A stretch of DNA of 64,000 nucleotides from the NCBI GenBank assembly GCA_002633005.1, contig NMRA01000014.1, forward strand, positions 920,955-984,954, written 5' to 3'. Positions 37,717 through 51,200 of this stretch are shown here, in pieces. The notes under the pieces are model-generated. The model was given only the letters and a program-made list of their open reading frames with translations, did not search any database and had not been told where the DNA came from. Each line of letters begins with the position of its first letter. Position 1 is the stretch's first letter. The translations under genes and the position numbers were made by a program. The DNA is from Phoronis australis. Lineage: Eukaryota > Animalia > Phoronida.

Positions 37717-39007
37717 AGGCGAAGGCAACCTTTTTTCATGTCACGTTTAGCAAAAATAAGGTCTGTTGAGTATCCCAGACATTTTTTCATTTAATTACAG
37801 CTTTTCGTAATTTAATTAATTTCTCGTCCTCTACTCCGGAAGTGACGCTTTGGGATGCAAGAGTTTCGCGCCAATTTCTTTTCATACAGTCAGACTGTGA
37901 GAGCTGTCAATTCAGTCATTGTTCTACCTCGGATGACATAAGTTCGGTCGTCGTTTGCTTTTGTTTACGAGTCAGTCAACATGCCACGCTGTTGCTGCGT
38001 ACCAGGACGTACTCATTATCGTCTCACACACGCTTTGGGTACCTTGCATCGCTTTCCAAAGGATGACAAACTTCGCCGTACTTGGCTAGCTCGTTCGTGT
38101 GAAGAACACAGCGCTACCCGCTCACGCAACGTACAAAGCAGTGGCAAGCATTTTCAGCCGTCAGAGTGCGACAGAGATATACATTGATGAAGGTCCCTGC
38201 GAAACAACGCCTGACGGGTTCCATACCGTCGCTGCTGATTCCCGGCAGTGCCCCGTCGCCACCCCCGAGAAGTGCGTTTTTGAAGAGAGAAGCCTCGCGA
38301 CCTGTGGCCACTATAAACAGTGACTGGAGGCACTTCATCTACTGTCATCCATGCCTCCGAACGTACCCCATAGCGTGCAATTCCAGGAACTAGCAGTGAT
38401 TCCCCATGTGCTGTTGTCTCTAGCCCAGAGCCTGTAAGCACCCCTGCAGCGATAGTGGGAGTGCAGGCCCAGTTTGACACCCAGTGATCGAAAGTACAGT
38501 TCGTCATATCCAGTGAACAGATCGCTGAGCCTAAGATTGATAAGTTTATTGTGGACTTGTATTGGAGCTATTTAGAAGGTGCCAGGTGTGTGTCGAGGGA
38601 GTCGCACGACGGGACTTTGTAGGCCTAAGCAGTTTGGGTGCTCAAGTCAGCATCCACTGGGAGTGTGTCGCGGTACACTCGGGCAAGTGGGACAGTTCTT
38701 CCTCTGTAGGTGAGACAATAATGAATACATCTCGGTAGGCAGCAACAGCGTGGCATGTTGACTGACTCATAAAAGCAAACGACGACCGAACTTATCACCA
38801 CCGAGGTAGAACAATGACTGACTCGACTGCTCTCACAGTCAGACTGTGTGAAAAGAAATTGGCGCGAAAGTCTTGCTTCCCAAAACGTCACTTCCGGAGT
38901 AGACGACGAGTAATTAATTAAATTACGAAAAGCTGTAAATAAGTGAAAAATCTGGGATAATCAACGAATTTTGCTAAAAATGACATGAAGAAAGGTTGCC
39001 TCCGCCT
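37717..39007. mobile_element. Non-autonomous Kolobok-like DNA transposon with long inverted arms and a frameshifted THAP-domain relic
   Basis: TTAA on both flanks (37713-16, 39008-11), termini AGGCG.AGGCAACCTT, ~300-bp inverted arms. ORF MPRCCCVPG....LHRFPKD..LRR.W......S.KHF matches the THAP pattern. Confidence 0.85.
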
Positions 39008-42000
39008 TTAAGGGACAACCAGGCAGTAAAGTGGCAGTCTCAGATAGTGTATCCTATATTGCGTAAACATACATCACTAGACAACCAAGTTCAGTAACTG
39101 TCTCGCGGCGATAAAAATCTAGCCAAAATCACGCCCTTTCATTGAAAATACAAGGTGATATCTCGCGAGATCTTGCTTTTCTCGCGTCGTTACTGAACTC
39201 CACTCAGGTATCGCATGCAGCTGTTTTTAATGCAGTTTTTTGGTAATGAAATGATAAAAATACGATTGTGAACTGCAAAAATAGATCGTAAACGTGAAAT
39301 ACATGGTTTCAACAGTAAGTAACAGGTCGTTTGATTACTGCAGACAAGCGACCTAATATTCATGTTGCCGCCAGAGCGTTCGACATATGCGTAGCGGGTT
39401 TTTGTTTGTTTCTAGTTTGCAGCCGGTCAAGTGGAAATATTTGTATTAATTAGTAATTATTGACTCGAAGGATAATGTCGTGACATAATTTTCCTTTTAA
39501 AGAGGCCTGAAACGCGATAAACAGACTTAAATTGTGATATTGAAAGGGGTTCTCTACCACTGAAACAGAATTCAACCTGCTCACCAGGTATTTGTAGAGT
39601 TTGTCTGAAAAGATTTTTAATTTCTGTTGATATCAAAGCATTTTCTTTTAGTTTCAAAAACAAAAACGATCTGTCAACTGCTCGTCATTTTTGTCCCACA
39701 AGGCAAAGCACGTCTCCCTATTTCTATGGCAAGATATAGATGTAGCATATTTCCCTCATATGGAAAATCTGACCTTTGACCTCAAATGACTTCAAGCAAC
39801 TGACTGCGTGCATTTATCTGAAGTGGGAGGGAGACTAGAAACTGTGCTTCGCGCATATTTCAAAAATCGTGAATTTTGTGATTTTTTCTGGAAATTTCCT
39901 CACAGGGGAAAGTGAATTACCCTGCACTAGACGTTGCGAGATGGTACTTTCATCAGGATTTGTTCAAAAGATATTTTTGACGAGCTTTCGCGTTCCATGC
40001 TTCTTTAAATTCTTTTAAGTTTGTAGAATTGCTACCACTTTTTTAATGCGGAAGAGTAAATTTGCTTCAAAACAAAAACAAAGCTTTTTACAACTTTTGT
40101 TTAGTTTGTATAACATCAATGTTTCGAAAATATCTAAAAAGACTTTGGAGACTCTTGTGGAAAAAATACGAACCATTTTTGATGTTCCAAAGGTTTTAAA
40201 CCTTTTGTTTTAGCTCAAAGTGAAAGTCACTTTAATTGAAGGTAAAAGTAACTATGGAAAACACAAAACCGATCTTTAGGCCTATTATTATGTTTCAACG
40301 TGCCCAAGATAGAAATAAACGTCATGGATGAAGCTACAGCCTAGAATTACTGGATCAGTACGAGTTTCTGGTTCATCTTCTCTTATTCTTTAGAGCATAC
40401 CTTTGCAAAGCCGGATAACCGCTGTGCATCCCTGCCTTCCAGCTCTGTGCTTCATGTGCATCGGTGCGTCGTTACGTTGGCATGACCATCGCCTTCACTA
40501 AATTGGCATTCTGTGTAAATGACGTCATCGCTTACGTCGCGCAATTGATGACGCATTAAGCGATACCTTATTGGATGCGTGGATGTTTCCAACACTACTA
40601 CATGCCCGTCATTAGTATGCTAACATCAAAATTTCATAGGGGTACATAACAGTTTTCACTGGAATTTGCCTATCAGAACACACGTCAATGGACTCGTCAC
40701 TCTTTCTTCACTCTGTCGAAAACTGCATGCAAAAAATGAAAAGTTTTTGAGTCATTTCACATCACAAGCCCTACACGTGAACACAGAAACTTTATTCTCC
40801 TTTGTATTTTTGACCCTCTCACTCCTACTAGAAAGCAAAATAGGCTTAGAAAAAGGGGGTAAAAACACAAAATCGGCACCTTTTCAGCCCAAAACCACCA
40901 CTTCTCTGCCGATGCACGACATAAGCCAACATTAGATTCTGAAAGCAAATTTCCTACAGATTCCAAAAATGTGGCCCAAAAGTATTGTCGACCAACAAGT
41001 TTATTTTTGCAATTCTGGCTTCTTTGAGGGTTCGATTTCTCAGTCGCTACCTAGCAATGCACAAATGCAACAGGGGACCGCCATCTTGAAGAAGGGACTG
41101 CAAATTGGACGCGGCCGCAGCCTAATGTTTCAGTGACACCATGTGAAAGGATCCGCATAGGCCAAATGTAGAAATTCTAGTAAAGTGTCAATTTATGTAT
41201 CAGTGTGGACTACTCAACGATACGTACGGTTTCGTACCCTGTTCAAGTTGGATTGACTACTCGACGGTACAAGTATTAATATAATTTAAATATTCAATGT
41301 AGGGGCAGTTGTTTAAGAAATGCTTTGTTAAAGAAAATACAACGTTCCATCTTCAGTTAACAACCTCGAATTGATACTTTGTGCAAGAACTGACTGCCTC
41401 TGAGAGACCATCGTATATCTGCAGACATGTCGCCTTGTTTACTTTGTACTGCATGCGTTCCATACTTTTTAACTAACCCGGCTCGGTTTTTATGTATAGC
41501 CTGCCTTCAATAAAACAACCCCTTCCAGAACTGTAGTGCTTTCTATCACATAACATGCTGTACCACGGCATGAGAATAACCACGTCCACACATGTCCATG
41601 ACATCGAAAGCTAGGCTACGGATCTAGGCCTAATTTTTTTACTCAAAATCAACTCGAAAATATATTTGGCATTTCCACTTCCAATTCTCCTTCAATAACA
41701 ATTTAAGATATGGATTACGCAAGCCATTCTGCAGTTCAAATTTGGACTTGATGGCCCCTAGATTAGAGTCACAAACTCGAGTAAAAACTCGAGATTTCGA
41801 GTTCAGCTTCGATCTGAAAGCTTTAATACTGGGGTCATAAAGTGCAAAATAGGATTATCCAGTTATTCACGTACTCCATTAGGTAATCGAGAACAGAATA
41901 CTAGACGCTTATCTCGAATTCACACCAAAGTAGAACGGAAAATGTCAAACATAATTTCGAGTCGATTTCGAATAAAAAGGCTTCATCCCGGTTCGTGAAC

Positions 42001-42009
42001 TTATCCATC

Positions 42010-42990
42010 AGCGTACTACCATATGTAATCCGGCTCCGGCTAATCACCCAGGCATCATAAACCAATTAGTTCCCTGAAATCAAGTCGTAGGTGGTTGAAG
42101 AATATGCTTTCGTCGAGAAGTTGAGTAGATTTCGGCTTCGTTCGCCTTCAAGAGATGGCGCCTCTTTCTACTGATAATATTTCAAGCTGGTGTTCTAATG
42201 TTATAAGACCGAGGTCTATCACCAGATGGAAAGACCAACTCGGCTTAATGGGGTCCATGTGGGACCTGTCTTATGTCTGCTATAGTCTTGAGGTCCGTCA
42301 AGGGTCTGCCTTTGCCAGCATAGTAAGCCTTGCTGCTATAACGATAATTAGAGAGTCTATCTACCACCTGTTGTGTCCTATACCACATTATGCTTCAGCA
42401 GTAGGTCAATAGTAGGTAAGAGTGTCCGGGTGCGTCTACCCATGCACCGTTGCACCTGCGAACCAAGTACCGGTATGCCATGCCTTGCGGTATTCGACTA
42501 GTGAAGAAGTGACAACTAAGTCACGATCTTTCTGTTTGGCTTTTTTCATAAGGTTCTTTGCAATCTGTACGGGTTTCTCCACCACGCCATTTGCTTGTGA
42601 ATACTTGGCACTGAAACACTGTACACGAAACCCACACTGTCCATTAATTAAAGCCAACTCGTGACTGGAGATTTGAGTAGCCTGATCACAATACACTATT
42701 TCTGGCATACCGTACCATCCACTGCAATCATACCTTCCAAAACCTTAACAGACTGAGTGATGTGGTCGGTCAGCTCTTCTACCTCAAGATATCTTGAATA
42801 GTGGTCCACAGTTGCAATATAATGTAGCCTTTCAAATTCGAATACATCTACAGACACAACTTGCAGTGTTGGCACTGCTGACGTCATCACAGACTCGCGC
42901 TGCTGAGCACTTCAAAATTGTTGACAAGTAGGACAGTTACTGACGGCATCATCCTTACTAATACTTTTCCAAAATAATTCATCTTTTTGC
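42010..42990 (-). mobile_element. Degenerate Ty3/Gypsy LTR-retrotransposon integrase (rve) remnant
   Basis: VSVDVFEF...YIATVDHYSRYLEV, PEIVYCD..Q, S.KYSQANG.VEK.VQIAKNLMKK across frameshifted ORFs 42436-42890. Confidence 0.85.
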
Positions 42991-43927
42991 GCTTCCCTTT
43001 GCCTTGATGGCTACAATGAATCAACTTCAAACTTGGACTAGAAACTCATATTCGTAAACTATAATATATTCGAGCACAATCTAACAACCAATAATCTTGA
43101 ATTTGCACAACAGTAGAAGAGAAATTGCAAACCCGCCTCCCGACCTCCCCCCATTCGGTGCTATGCGCATCTACAATCGTGGTTTGCGCAAATGCTTACA
43201 GCCGGACAAAATGTTGGACCCCCCTTGTGATATCCTAGATCCGCCACTGAGTACTCACAAGAAACTTTCGATTTAAGTGTACTTGCTGCAATCACAGTAG
43301 ATAATTTGTACTAAACTTTTTCAGAAAATGTCTAGATTAGTGTAATTACGTCCATCCTAAAGTATGTTCAGCAAATCATTAACCCACGTAGCTCACGCCA
43401 AAGCGTGTTCAACATGTTTCTTTAGTCACACTTTCTGTGAATTTACCTCAGTCTCTAAAAGATACACGGTAGCTAATCGTTATCGCTTTAGATTCTCACT
43501 AACTGCAACCTTAAAATGTCTAGTAAACCCTATCTTCTCATTGTGAGTGTGTATGTGAAATAATTGCATGAGAACTATAAGCAAGCGTCTTTTGAATGTC
43601 CAAGCGCTTGGAAAATCCCTCCGGCTTGCTCCCGTTTTCCTCGTCTTTACACCATGACTTGAACCAGGTCAGTGTTTCACTCGGAACTTTGTATATTACA
43701 TTCTTAAGCAAATTAATGTCACATTATTGCTTAACAACTCGTGTTTTGGGATCTCTTACATCTGCAGTAACTGTGTGAACGCAGTAATCGCGTTTCCCGA
43801 ACAACTTTAGGCCAGCAGTCGATACTGGTCACCAACGTCAGTGCATATAGCACACAGTAAATTCGACGCTAGCGTCATTTGTATTTATCTTTTACTTGTT
43901 AGAACACGTTTTCATATTGTCGACAAC

Positions 43928-45240
43928 TTATTTTTCTGGGACAGTGGACAGTTGCGGTCTGGACGCTTCTTTTGCTTCAGGAGAATCGCACTCGGAAGAT
44001 GTCCCAGTCAAATAGAAGTCTCTTCCACTACTTGGATCTCTCTTGATACTTCTACTTGATTTCTCTGCTGCTCTTAATTCTTTACGTGCGCGTTCATTCT
44101 CTTCGTCTATTGCCATCTGGTGTGTAATAGAACTGAGGAGCTCCTCTTGTCGTTCTCCAATAGCTGGCCATGGCTCTGTGAAAGATAATTTAATGGCCTC
44201 TTCGCATGCACCCAACGTCCACACGTAAAGGCACACCGCTGCCGACGACTCTGCTTCAAGTGCAGACTGAGATACGTGCTCTAGAATTTCTATTGCTCTG
44301 GCGGCAATGTCTGGGTGCAGATATCTAAATTTGAATTGCAGCAACCGCTCTTGAAACCCATCGCTCATGATAGCTTGGCATGCAGACCAGTCGTATTCTG
44401 TTGTGGTTTCACTCTCACCCAAGAGAAGCAACACTGCCACCATAACATCATGTACTTGATGGGACGGTTCGTCATCTTCTGCAATCTTTTTGATTTCTTC
44501 TGTATCTATATCTAGAAGCTCTGTTTGCAATTTATCGACGCGCTGAATGCTCTTCTGGACATTTTTGGCTACTTCCAGTTCTTTCTGGAGCCATCTCGAA
44601 GCCCCTGACCTTTCCACGTTAACAACAACTTTGGCGATGTGCTTAATGTTTCTACTCTCTATTGCTTTCAATAGAGCAGCCTTTCTGTTGCTTGCAAACA
44701 GGACGAATTCAGACTCTTGTACTAATTCCTTATTTAACTGGAAACCCTTTTCGGCATGTCTCTCAACGAATGCTTTGTAAAGCTCTAGCGACTTCGTGAT
44801 TTCTTCTTCGTCCATCGCATGGTTGGCGTTGGTTACGTTCAATTTCAGCAAATCGTGATCCTGAATGAGTTGGTCGGTCGCTTCTTCTCGAGTGTCAATA
44901 ATCTCCTTGGCTCGCGTCATCAATTTTTCGTCCATTTTGATCTGTGTACTGCGCTGGCACGCGTCCTCGTACATAGACATAGCATAACGCATTGTCGGTT
45001 TGTCTGGATATTTGGAACATTCTGCGGCTGTAACACACTTCCTTAAAACTTCTTGCTTGTAGTGTATTGATTCTACGGAAGCTTTTTTTGCCATTTCCTC
45101 TGAAGTAGCTATACGAATACGCTGCCTATTTTTGCAGTAGCACACTAAACCAATAACAATGATGATAACTAGTGCAGCTCCCACAACACCTACCCATACA
45201 CCGTAGCGTTGGAAGAAATCGGAGATTTTCCATTCCGTCA
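43928..45240 (-). CDS. Gene C terminal exon: TM (YGVWVGVVGAALVIIIVIGLVCYC) plus cytoplasmic tail with a dynein stalk-head-like domain
   Basis: 437-aa ORF with acceptor tcatttttcag|TG. Paralogous to 20871-22168. Confidence 0.92.
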
Positions 45241-48200
45241 CTGAAAAATGAAAGAGTTTTCGTTGTCAGCAAAGTCAGCTGCCAACCTGCAAACAGGCTG
45301 TACATGCATTTAAAGGTCGCCAAGTTACCATTTACGTGACGGCAATGACTATGAGCCTACTGATAGTAAGACAGATTTTGCAAAAGTAGAAGTGTTTTTT
45401 ATAATGGCCTCTAAAGAATTAGTTGTCCCAGCAAGAAGTGCAATTTCAACAGCCGCGCCCTGGCCAAAAGTAGAATGATTTTGTTGAAAGCAAAACCCGT
45501 TTGAATGAGAGAAATTATATCGGTATATAATTGTTATTACAGTTTTCATGTTTTGACATTTCAATTCCATTTTGTTTGTTTGACACTAACGAACATAATA
45601 CCCATCTGTTCTGCTCTTAGCACCATAGAAAATCAAAAGGTTATCATGGCATAATGATTATACAACAAAATGCTTGTAAAATCAGGGTGCAAAACTCGTA
45701 TTCAAACGTAAGCCAATGCCGTAAAACAACGGCTGCGTTACACCTTTATACAATATATGAGTACACGAGCTAGATGAATATTTATTAGCTGTGGTTGCAA
45801 AACCACCTACTTTTGTCAAACATATTTTGTCGAATAAAAGTAGACTTGTTTGTTGAAAAAAGTCAAAACTTTGGAAAAACTAGTAAACCTTTGTTTAGTT
45901 TCAATTCCAAAATAATTCAAACTTAAACCAATCAAATTGGCTAAAACAATTATTCAGCAACTTTATGCACCTGCAGCCGGGTTGCTGTCAAAAACGGCGG
46001 TGCCAAAGTTATGGACAATACCAATGAGGGTTTGGAAAACAATAATGAGAGTGACCTGTCTGGACGCACAGGCGTCCTCAGCTTCTGATCGTCCCCAATA
46101 CACTACATATAATACTACAAGGTATGACACTTCCGACCAGAAATTCCACGGGTGCTTCACTTCAGCCGTCCATAGCAAACATAAAACTCAATAAATTTAC
46201 ACAAAACAGAGGTTCAACAAACCATGAAGAATTGTTCTTTCTCTCAATACCATCCACGGTGTCCTGTTCCGGCGACTTCGTAAGAAATTCGCAGTCAAAG
46301 AACAAAAATGTTCACAAAAAAACCCCGCGCACGTCCATCGGTTGCCGCTCGAGGTCAAGGACGGTACGGAAATTGCCGGTGAGTTACGGAAGTACCGACA
46401 TCGGTCGCGTAAAGTCCCGATGTCGGTACTTCCGTAACTCACCGGCAATTTCCGTACCGTCCTTGACCTCGAGCGGCAACCGATGGACGTGTGCGGGTTT
46501 TTTTGTGAACATTTTTGTTCTTTGCGAATTTCTTACGAAGTCGCCGGAACAGGACACCGTGAATGGTATTGGGAAAAAGAACAATTCTTCATGGTTTGTT
46601 GAACCTCTGTTTTGTGTAAATTTATTGAGTTTTATGTTTGCTATGGACGGCTGAAGTGAAGCACCCGTGGAATTTCTGGTCGGAAGTGTCATACTTTGTA
46701 GTATTACATGTAGTGTATTGGGGACGATCAGAAGCTGAGGACGCCTGTGTATGGACGTAAGTCGCTAATGAAAGACTGCTAGAATGGTTTCAGTTTTTGG
46801 TGCAAATTAATTGGTATAAAATCACATAAACAATGTTGTCAAGGGCAGTGTACACTAGGGCGGATCCAGGATTTTGAGTTGGGGGACCAGGACAGAGTAT
46901 TAGACAAGATTCTTCCCGTCAAACATTCGCACCCCGAACTTCCAAATGGAATCTTGTAGAGTTTTAGGGGGGGGCATGGCCCCCTTGCCCCCCCCCCCCC
47001 CTAAATCCACCACTGGTACAGTTTGTGTTTAGTTGTTGTACATTCATAGTTTGTCTATTCCAGCAGAGGTCGCATAAGCGCACTCAGGGGGGCCTAGTGG
47101 ACAAAAATGTCTGCCTCAGAAAAACAAAAACTCGAAAAAGTAGAAAATGAGAAAAAAGTCCACTAAAAGGCAAGGACTATCAAAATTCGGCAAATGCACA
47201 ATGCATAGCTCTGAAGGTACCCATGAATCTTAGTAAAAGGTCCAAATTCTCCAATATTCGAGTCCCCCATTTTTTAGGCTGGGTGCGCGTATGGATCGGT
47301 ACATGACCATTGAAATAATTATTTGAACTTTGTTTAAGTAGAGCTATAAGATATTGACTTGTCCGAACTTCAGTAATTTACGCCAAAATCCTCCGAAACG
47401 TCAATATCTTAGAGTTACTTCAAGTTTGCAAAAAATTCGTCCATGGAATTTCCTTTCGGAGGTCGAAAGAAACAAATTTTCCCGAATTTCAACAAGCACC
47501 AAAATTCATCGAATCGTCATTAAAAGATGCTTTCTCAATAAGTAAAAACCATGCACGAATTTGTCGGCTTGTAGAAGCATAAACATTATCTCGGAAAGGA
47601 ATGAAAACGTGATATGATGAGCCATCTCTTACAGATAATACTGGGTAAACACTACGTACTTTTCGAATTTTTATTTTCGCACGTTGAGTCTACATTAAAA
47701 ACTCTGTCGCCATTTCCGGAAGAAGTGGCTACAATTGGTTGATCTCGGGTATTCGGTGAAAAGTATAGGTGTCGAGGTAACCCATGGAGTCTGGGCACCA
47801 GGACATTTTCAGATTTTCATTGTGTTAACGTGAATTCCGGTGTAAGTTTGTTACGGTTTCAGAATTGAATTTGTATATTCAAAAACTGCATAAATTTCCA
47901 GTTACCCCTACTATTAATATCTTACTGACCGTAAAATATAAGAATGTTTAGCATGACGTCATTTTAACGTCATTATGAAATTTTGGACCCAGTGTGATGG
48001 CATTTCTATTCTCATGTACCGGTCCAAATTGCGTCATCTACTGTCAGTTAAGTATGACGTCATGATGACGTTTTGAACCTAGTATGACGGTATGTCTATT
48101 CTTGTCTCTGGGTCCAAATTGCGTCATTTATTGTCATGACACGTCATCACTAAACATCCGAATACAGATAATCCCAAAACAAAATACATCGCAACAGTCT

Positions 48201-51200
48201 GATCCACACAGTGTCGGGCGAAAACAACACGCTTCCTGGTAATGATTTCCTAAGCCTCCTTTTGGGGAAAATACGATTTTTTTACTATCACTTCAGAATC
48301 AGGAATATTGCCTACGGGCGTGCTCAACAAGTAGTGGTCTTCAAGTTTGCCAAAAATTTTATCATTCTCATTCTGGTCAATCCTATCGCATGGTCTTTGA
48401 CTTCAGTTTCACATTTTAATTGTCTGAGTCGCATGATGCTTCGGTGCCTTTCCATGAAAATGCTTTATATTTTTGTTGGACAATTTAATTGAAAATTCTA
48501 CCCCCCCCGCGTGAATAGTTGATAGTATGTTCATTTTTGAATTCTAGATGATGCATCTTTCGTATACTTCTGTGATATCTTTCTCGTGCTGCGCCTCCTG
48601 AACTTCCCATCGGTGTCCCCAAAACGTCACGTGATCCCCCTGCCTAAAACGCTAGCCTTACGCTCAGGACTATCAAGCTTTCATATCTCACCAGCTTTAG
48701 CCTACGTGGTGAGGAATTAACAGCCATTGGCAGTGGCGGATTTAGGGGGGGGGCAGGGGGGGCCCTGCCCCCCCTAAAATTCTTCCTGATTCCATTTAGC
48801 AGTTCGGGGATGTGAATGTCTGAAGGCAAAATCCTGGCTAATGCTCTGCCCTGGCCCCCTTAATTCAAAATCCTGAATCCGCCCCTGACTGCCATCACAC
48901 CTCTTCCCAACATTCGTACCGTCTGTAGTAGCGGCTAGAATGTCTTTACAAGAACCAGGTGTACAGGGTGTAGCCTCTGTCTTAGAGCCTGGACAGTCTT
49001 TGCCTCCGTATTTTGGAATCGGATCACTACACACTCTGTTGCGCTTGCGTATGCCGAAGTCACAGCTGGCACTGCACTTGCTCCAAGCTGTCCACAGTCC
49101 CCAGCCTCCATCCCCTGCAACATAACCAAAGTGTCAGTACAACAACTTACAACAAAATCTGCTGTTTGTGGATTTTGGTAAACAAAAAGTTATTTCCGGG
49201 ATCCGGAGTTGGAGTGAAAATTACAGAAAACCACCAACTCCAACAAAATGGGAGTTTATTGCTTTTCGATTCCTTTCTTCTTACGATTAAATATTAATGT
49301 GGATTGTACTTTAAAATACAACCTTACTACCATGCGAAAGAGGTTCGTTGCTATGTTATCGTATGATAACGGGTGCGACTTATTTTGGTCAAAATACCAA
49401 GCATCAAGGACAGAGGGCTATGGCCTACCCGGACACTTATCTTTAACACCGCCATTTCAGGGATTTTATAGACGATGTATGGAATCAATCTCTACTGTTG
49501 ACCCTAGCTCAGGGAATCCTCGCTGGTTACCTGAGTGCCTGGCCAGCACACTGGTTACCGACCACCTAGCTAGCGGCACGCAGGGAACCAGCGAATAGCG
49601 TATACTACGTAAGCCAACTCTGCGTCGCCAACCGACTAGAGCGAGTAGGGAATCAAGGACCCTACCGCCATGGCCACAATGAAAGAGACATGACCAGACT
49701 TGCTCTGCGGAATTAAGAAATCACCGATCCTTCTGGGAAGAAGGTTTAGTGAAATGACCAGACAAGCGGAAGAACAGTAGCGGTTGTGGACGATATCTAT
49801 ATGTTTGTGTGTGTGTGTGTGTGTGTGTGCGTGCGTTCGTGGTTGTGCGTATAAATATAGATGTACTTATTCATATATATTGATACATATGCGTGCGTTT
49901 TGTGCAATAGGCCCAGCCCTACGTGACCTTTGCACATCCGAACGGTTCAAGTATCGGCCCGCCTGCAATCTTTTTATTAGTTTTGGTCTGTTTGTTATAC
50001 CCAAACACTGTGCAGTTGTATAAATGCATTTGTAATAAAGCATATTATTCACAGGTAACCGTTTTCTGATTGATTTGTTGTCGTTTTTACTTCACCAATT
50101 GACGGTAGAGCGGCGGTGTATTGCCTTCAGCGTTACACGTGATTTCGTTGCTTAGTTACCGAAACAGTAAAAATCTCGTACTCGATCTGGACAATCACCA
50201 AAATAACTTACTTGGACAAGTAACGTTCGTGTTACAACTTTCTTCCTGTGTGTTACCTCCAGGGCATGTTCTTCCACCAAGAGTCGTCGCAGGACTGTCA
50301 CAAGCCCTGTTCTGTACGCGGCGGCCTTGACCACAGGTGACGCTACATGTCGACATTTTAGACCAAGAACCCCACTTTCCATCAACTACAACGGTATTGA
50401 AATCGTAGTGTTATCTGGAGTAGTCGAGGGTAGCAGTCACTTACAGGGTTACCAGGTTTCGCAAGAACCACTGGCTGAAGAACGGCTGGAGTCTCATCAT
50501 CGTTTATGAAGAGTGTGTGGAGTTCAGTGGTGTGGTATATAAGCCACAGGTGTTTCTGATGGGAAAAGCGCACTGGTGAAGATTAGAGGGTTTTGGCTGG
50601 AATTTAGAGGCGCCGTCATGGACTGTTTCCATCTCTTGTCTGGTAAAAAGTTTTATTGTTGGTGACAAGGACAAAGTGAATGTTCCCCGTTCCTGGTAAT
50701 AACCTATTAAAAAAGTTATTGTTGCCTAAGCCGCGTAGCGATCTACGGTGACTAGCCTAAGGTCAGTGCCCTAGGAGCGTTATCACAGAAGCATCACATA
50801 CTTGCTACAGATAATCATTATACATTCAGTAGATATTCGTTTATTCAAAATCGTGAAATTTTTTATTGCATTTTGCTCCCGATGTCATCATTAATATGCA
50901 CAAACCTTCACATTCTGGCGGCGCTGTACATTTAGTTAACTTAGTTATTCCTTTGTCCAGTCGAGGGCACACCATTATTCCGTTGCTTGTGCTGGTACGA
51001 CAATAGTTGTTGGCGGTATTCAACACCTGAGGGCTTTCCCCGCGTGGATCTCGATTGGTAAGAACGTCTGCTATGGAAACCGTCTTCCAATCTTCACATG
51101 GACCCTCTTCAGTCAATGCATGAGTTCCCAAATAACCCACAGCGTGAACGTCGCCCTTATACACGCACTCGGGTCCTGGCTCAGTCTCTGTGGATACAAC

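Noticed and set aside
43928-45240. Terminal exons as fragments of a real dynein heavy-chain gene
   Set aside because: No AAA/P-loop sequence, a TM helix precedes the domain in the same exon, and the ORF stops shortly after it.
46124-46692. Matching ORFs on both strands (MTLPTRNSTG...)
   Set aside because: A by-product of the palindrome.
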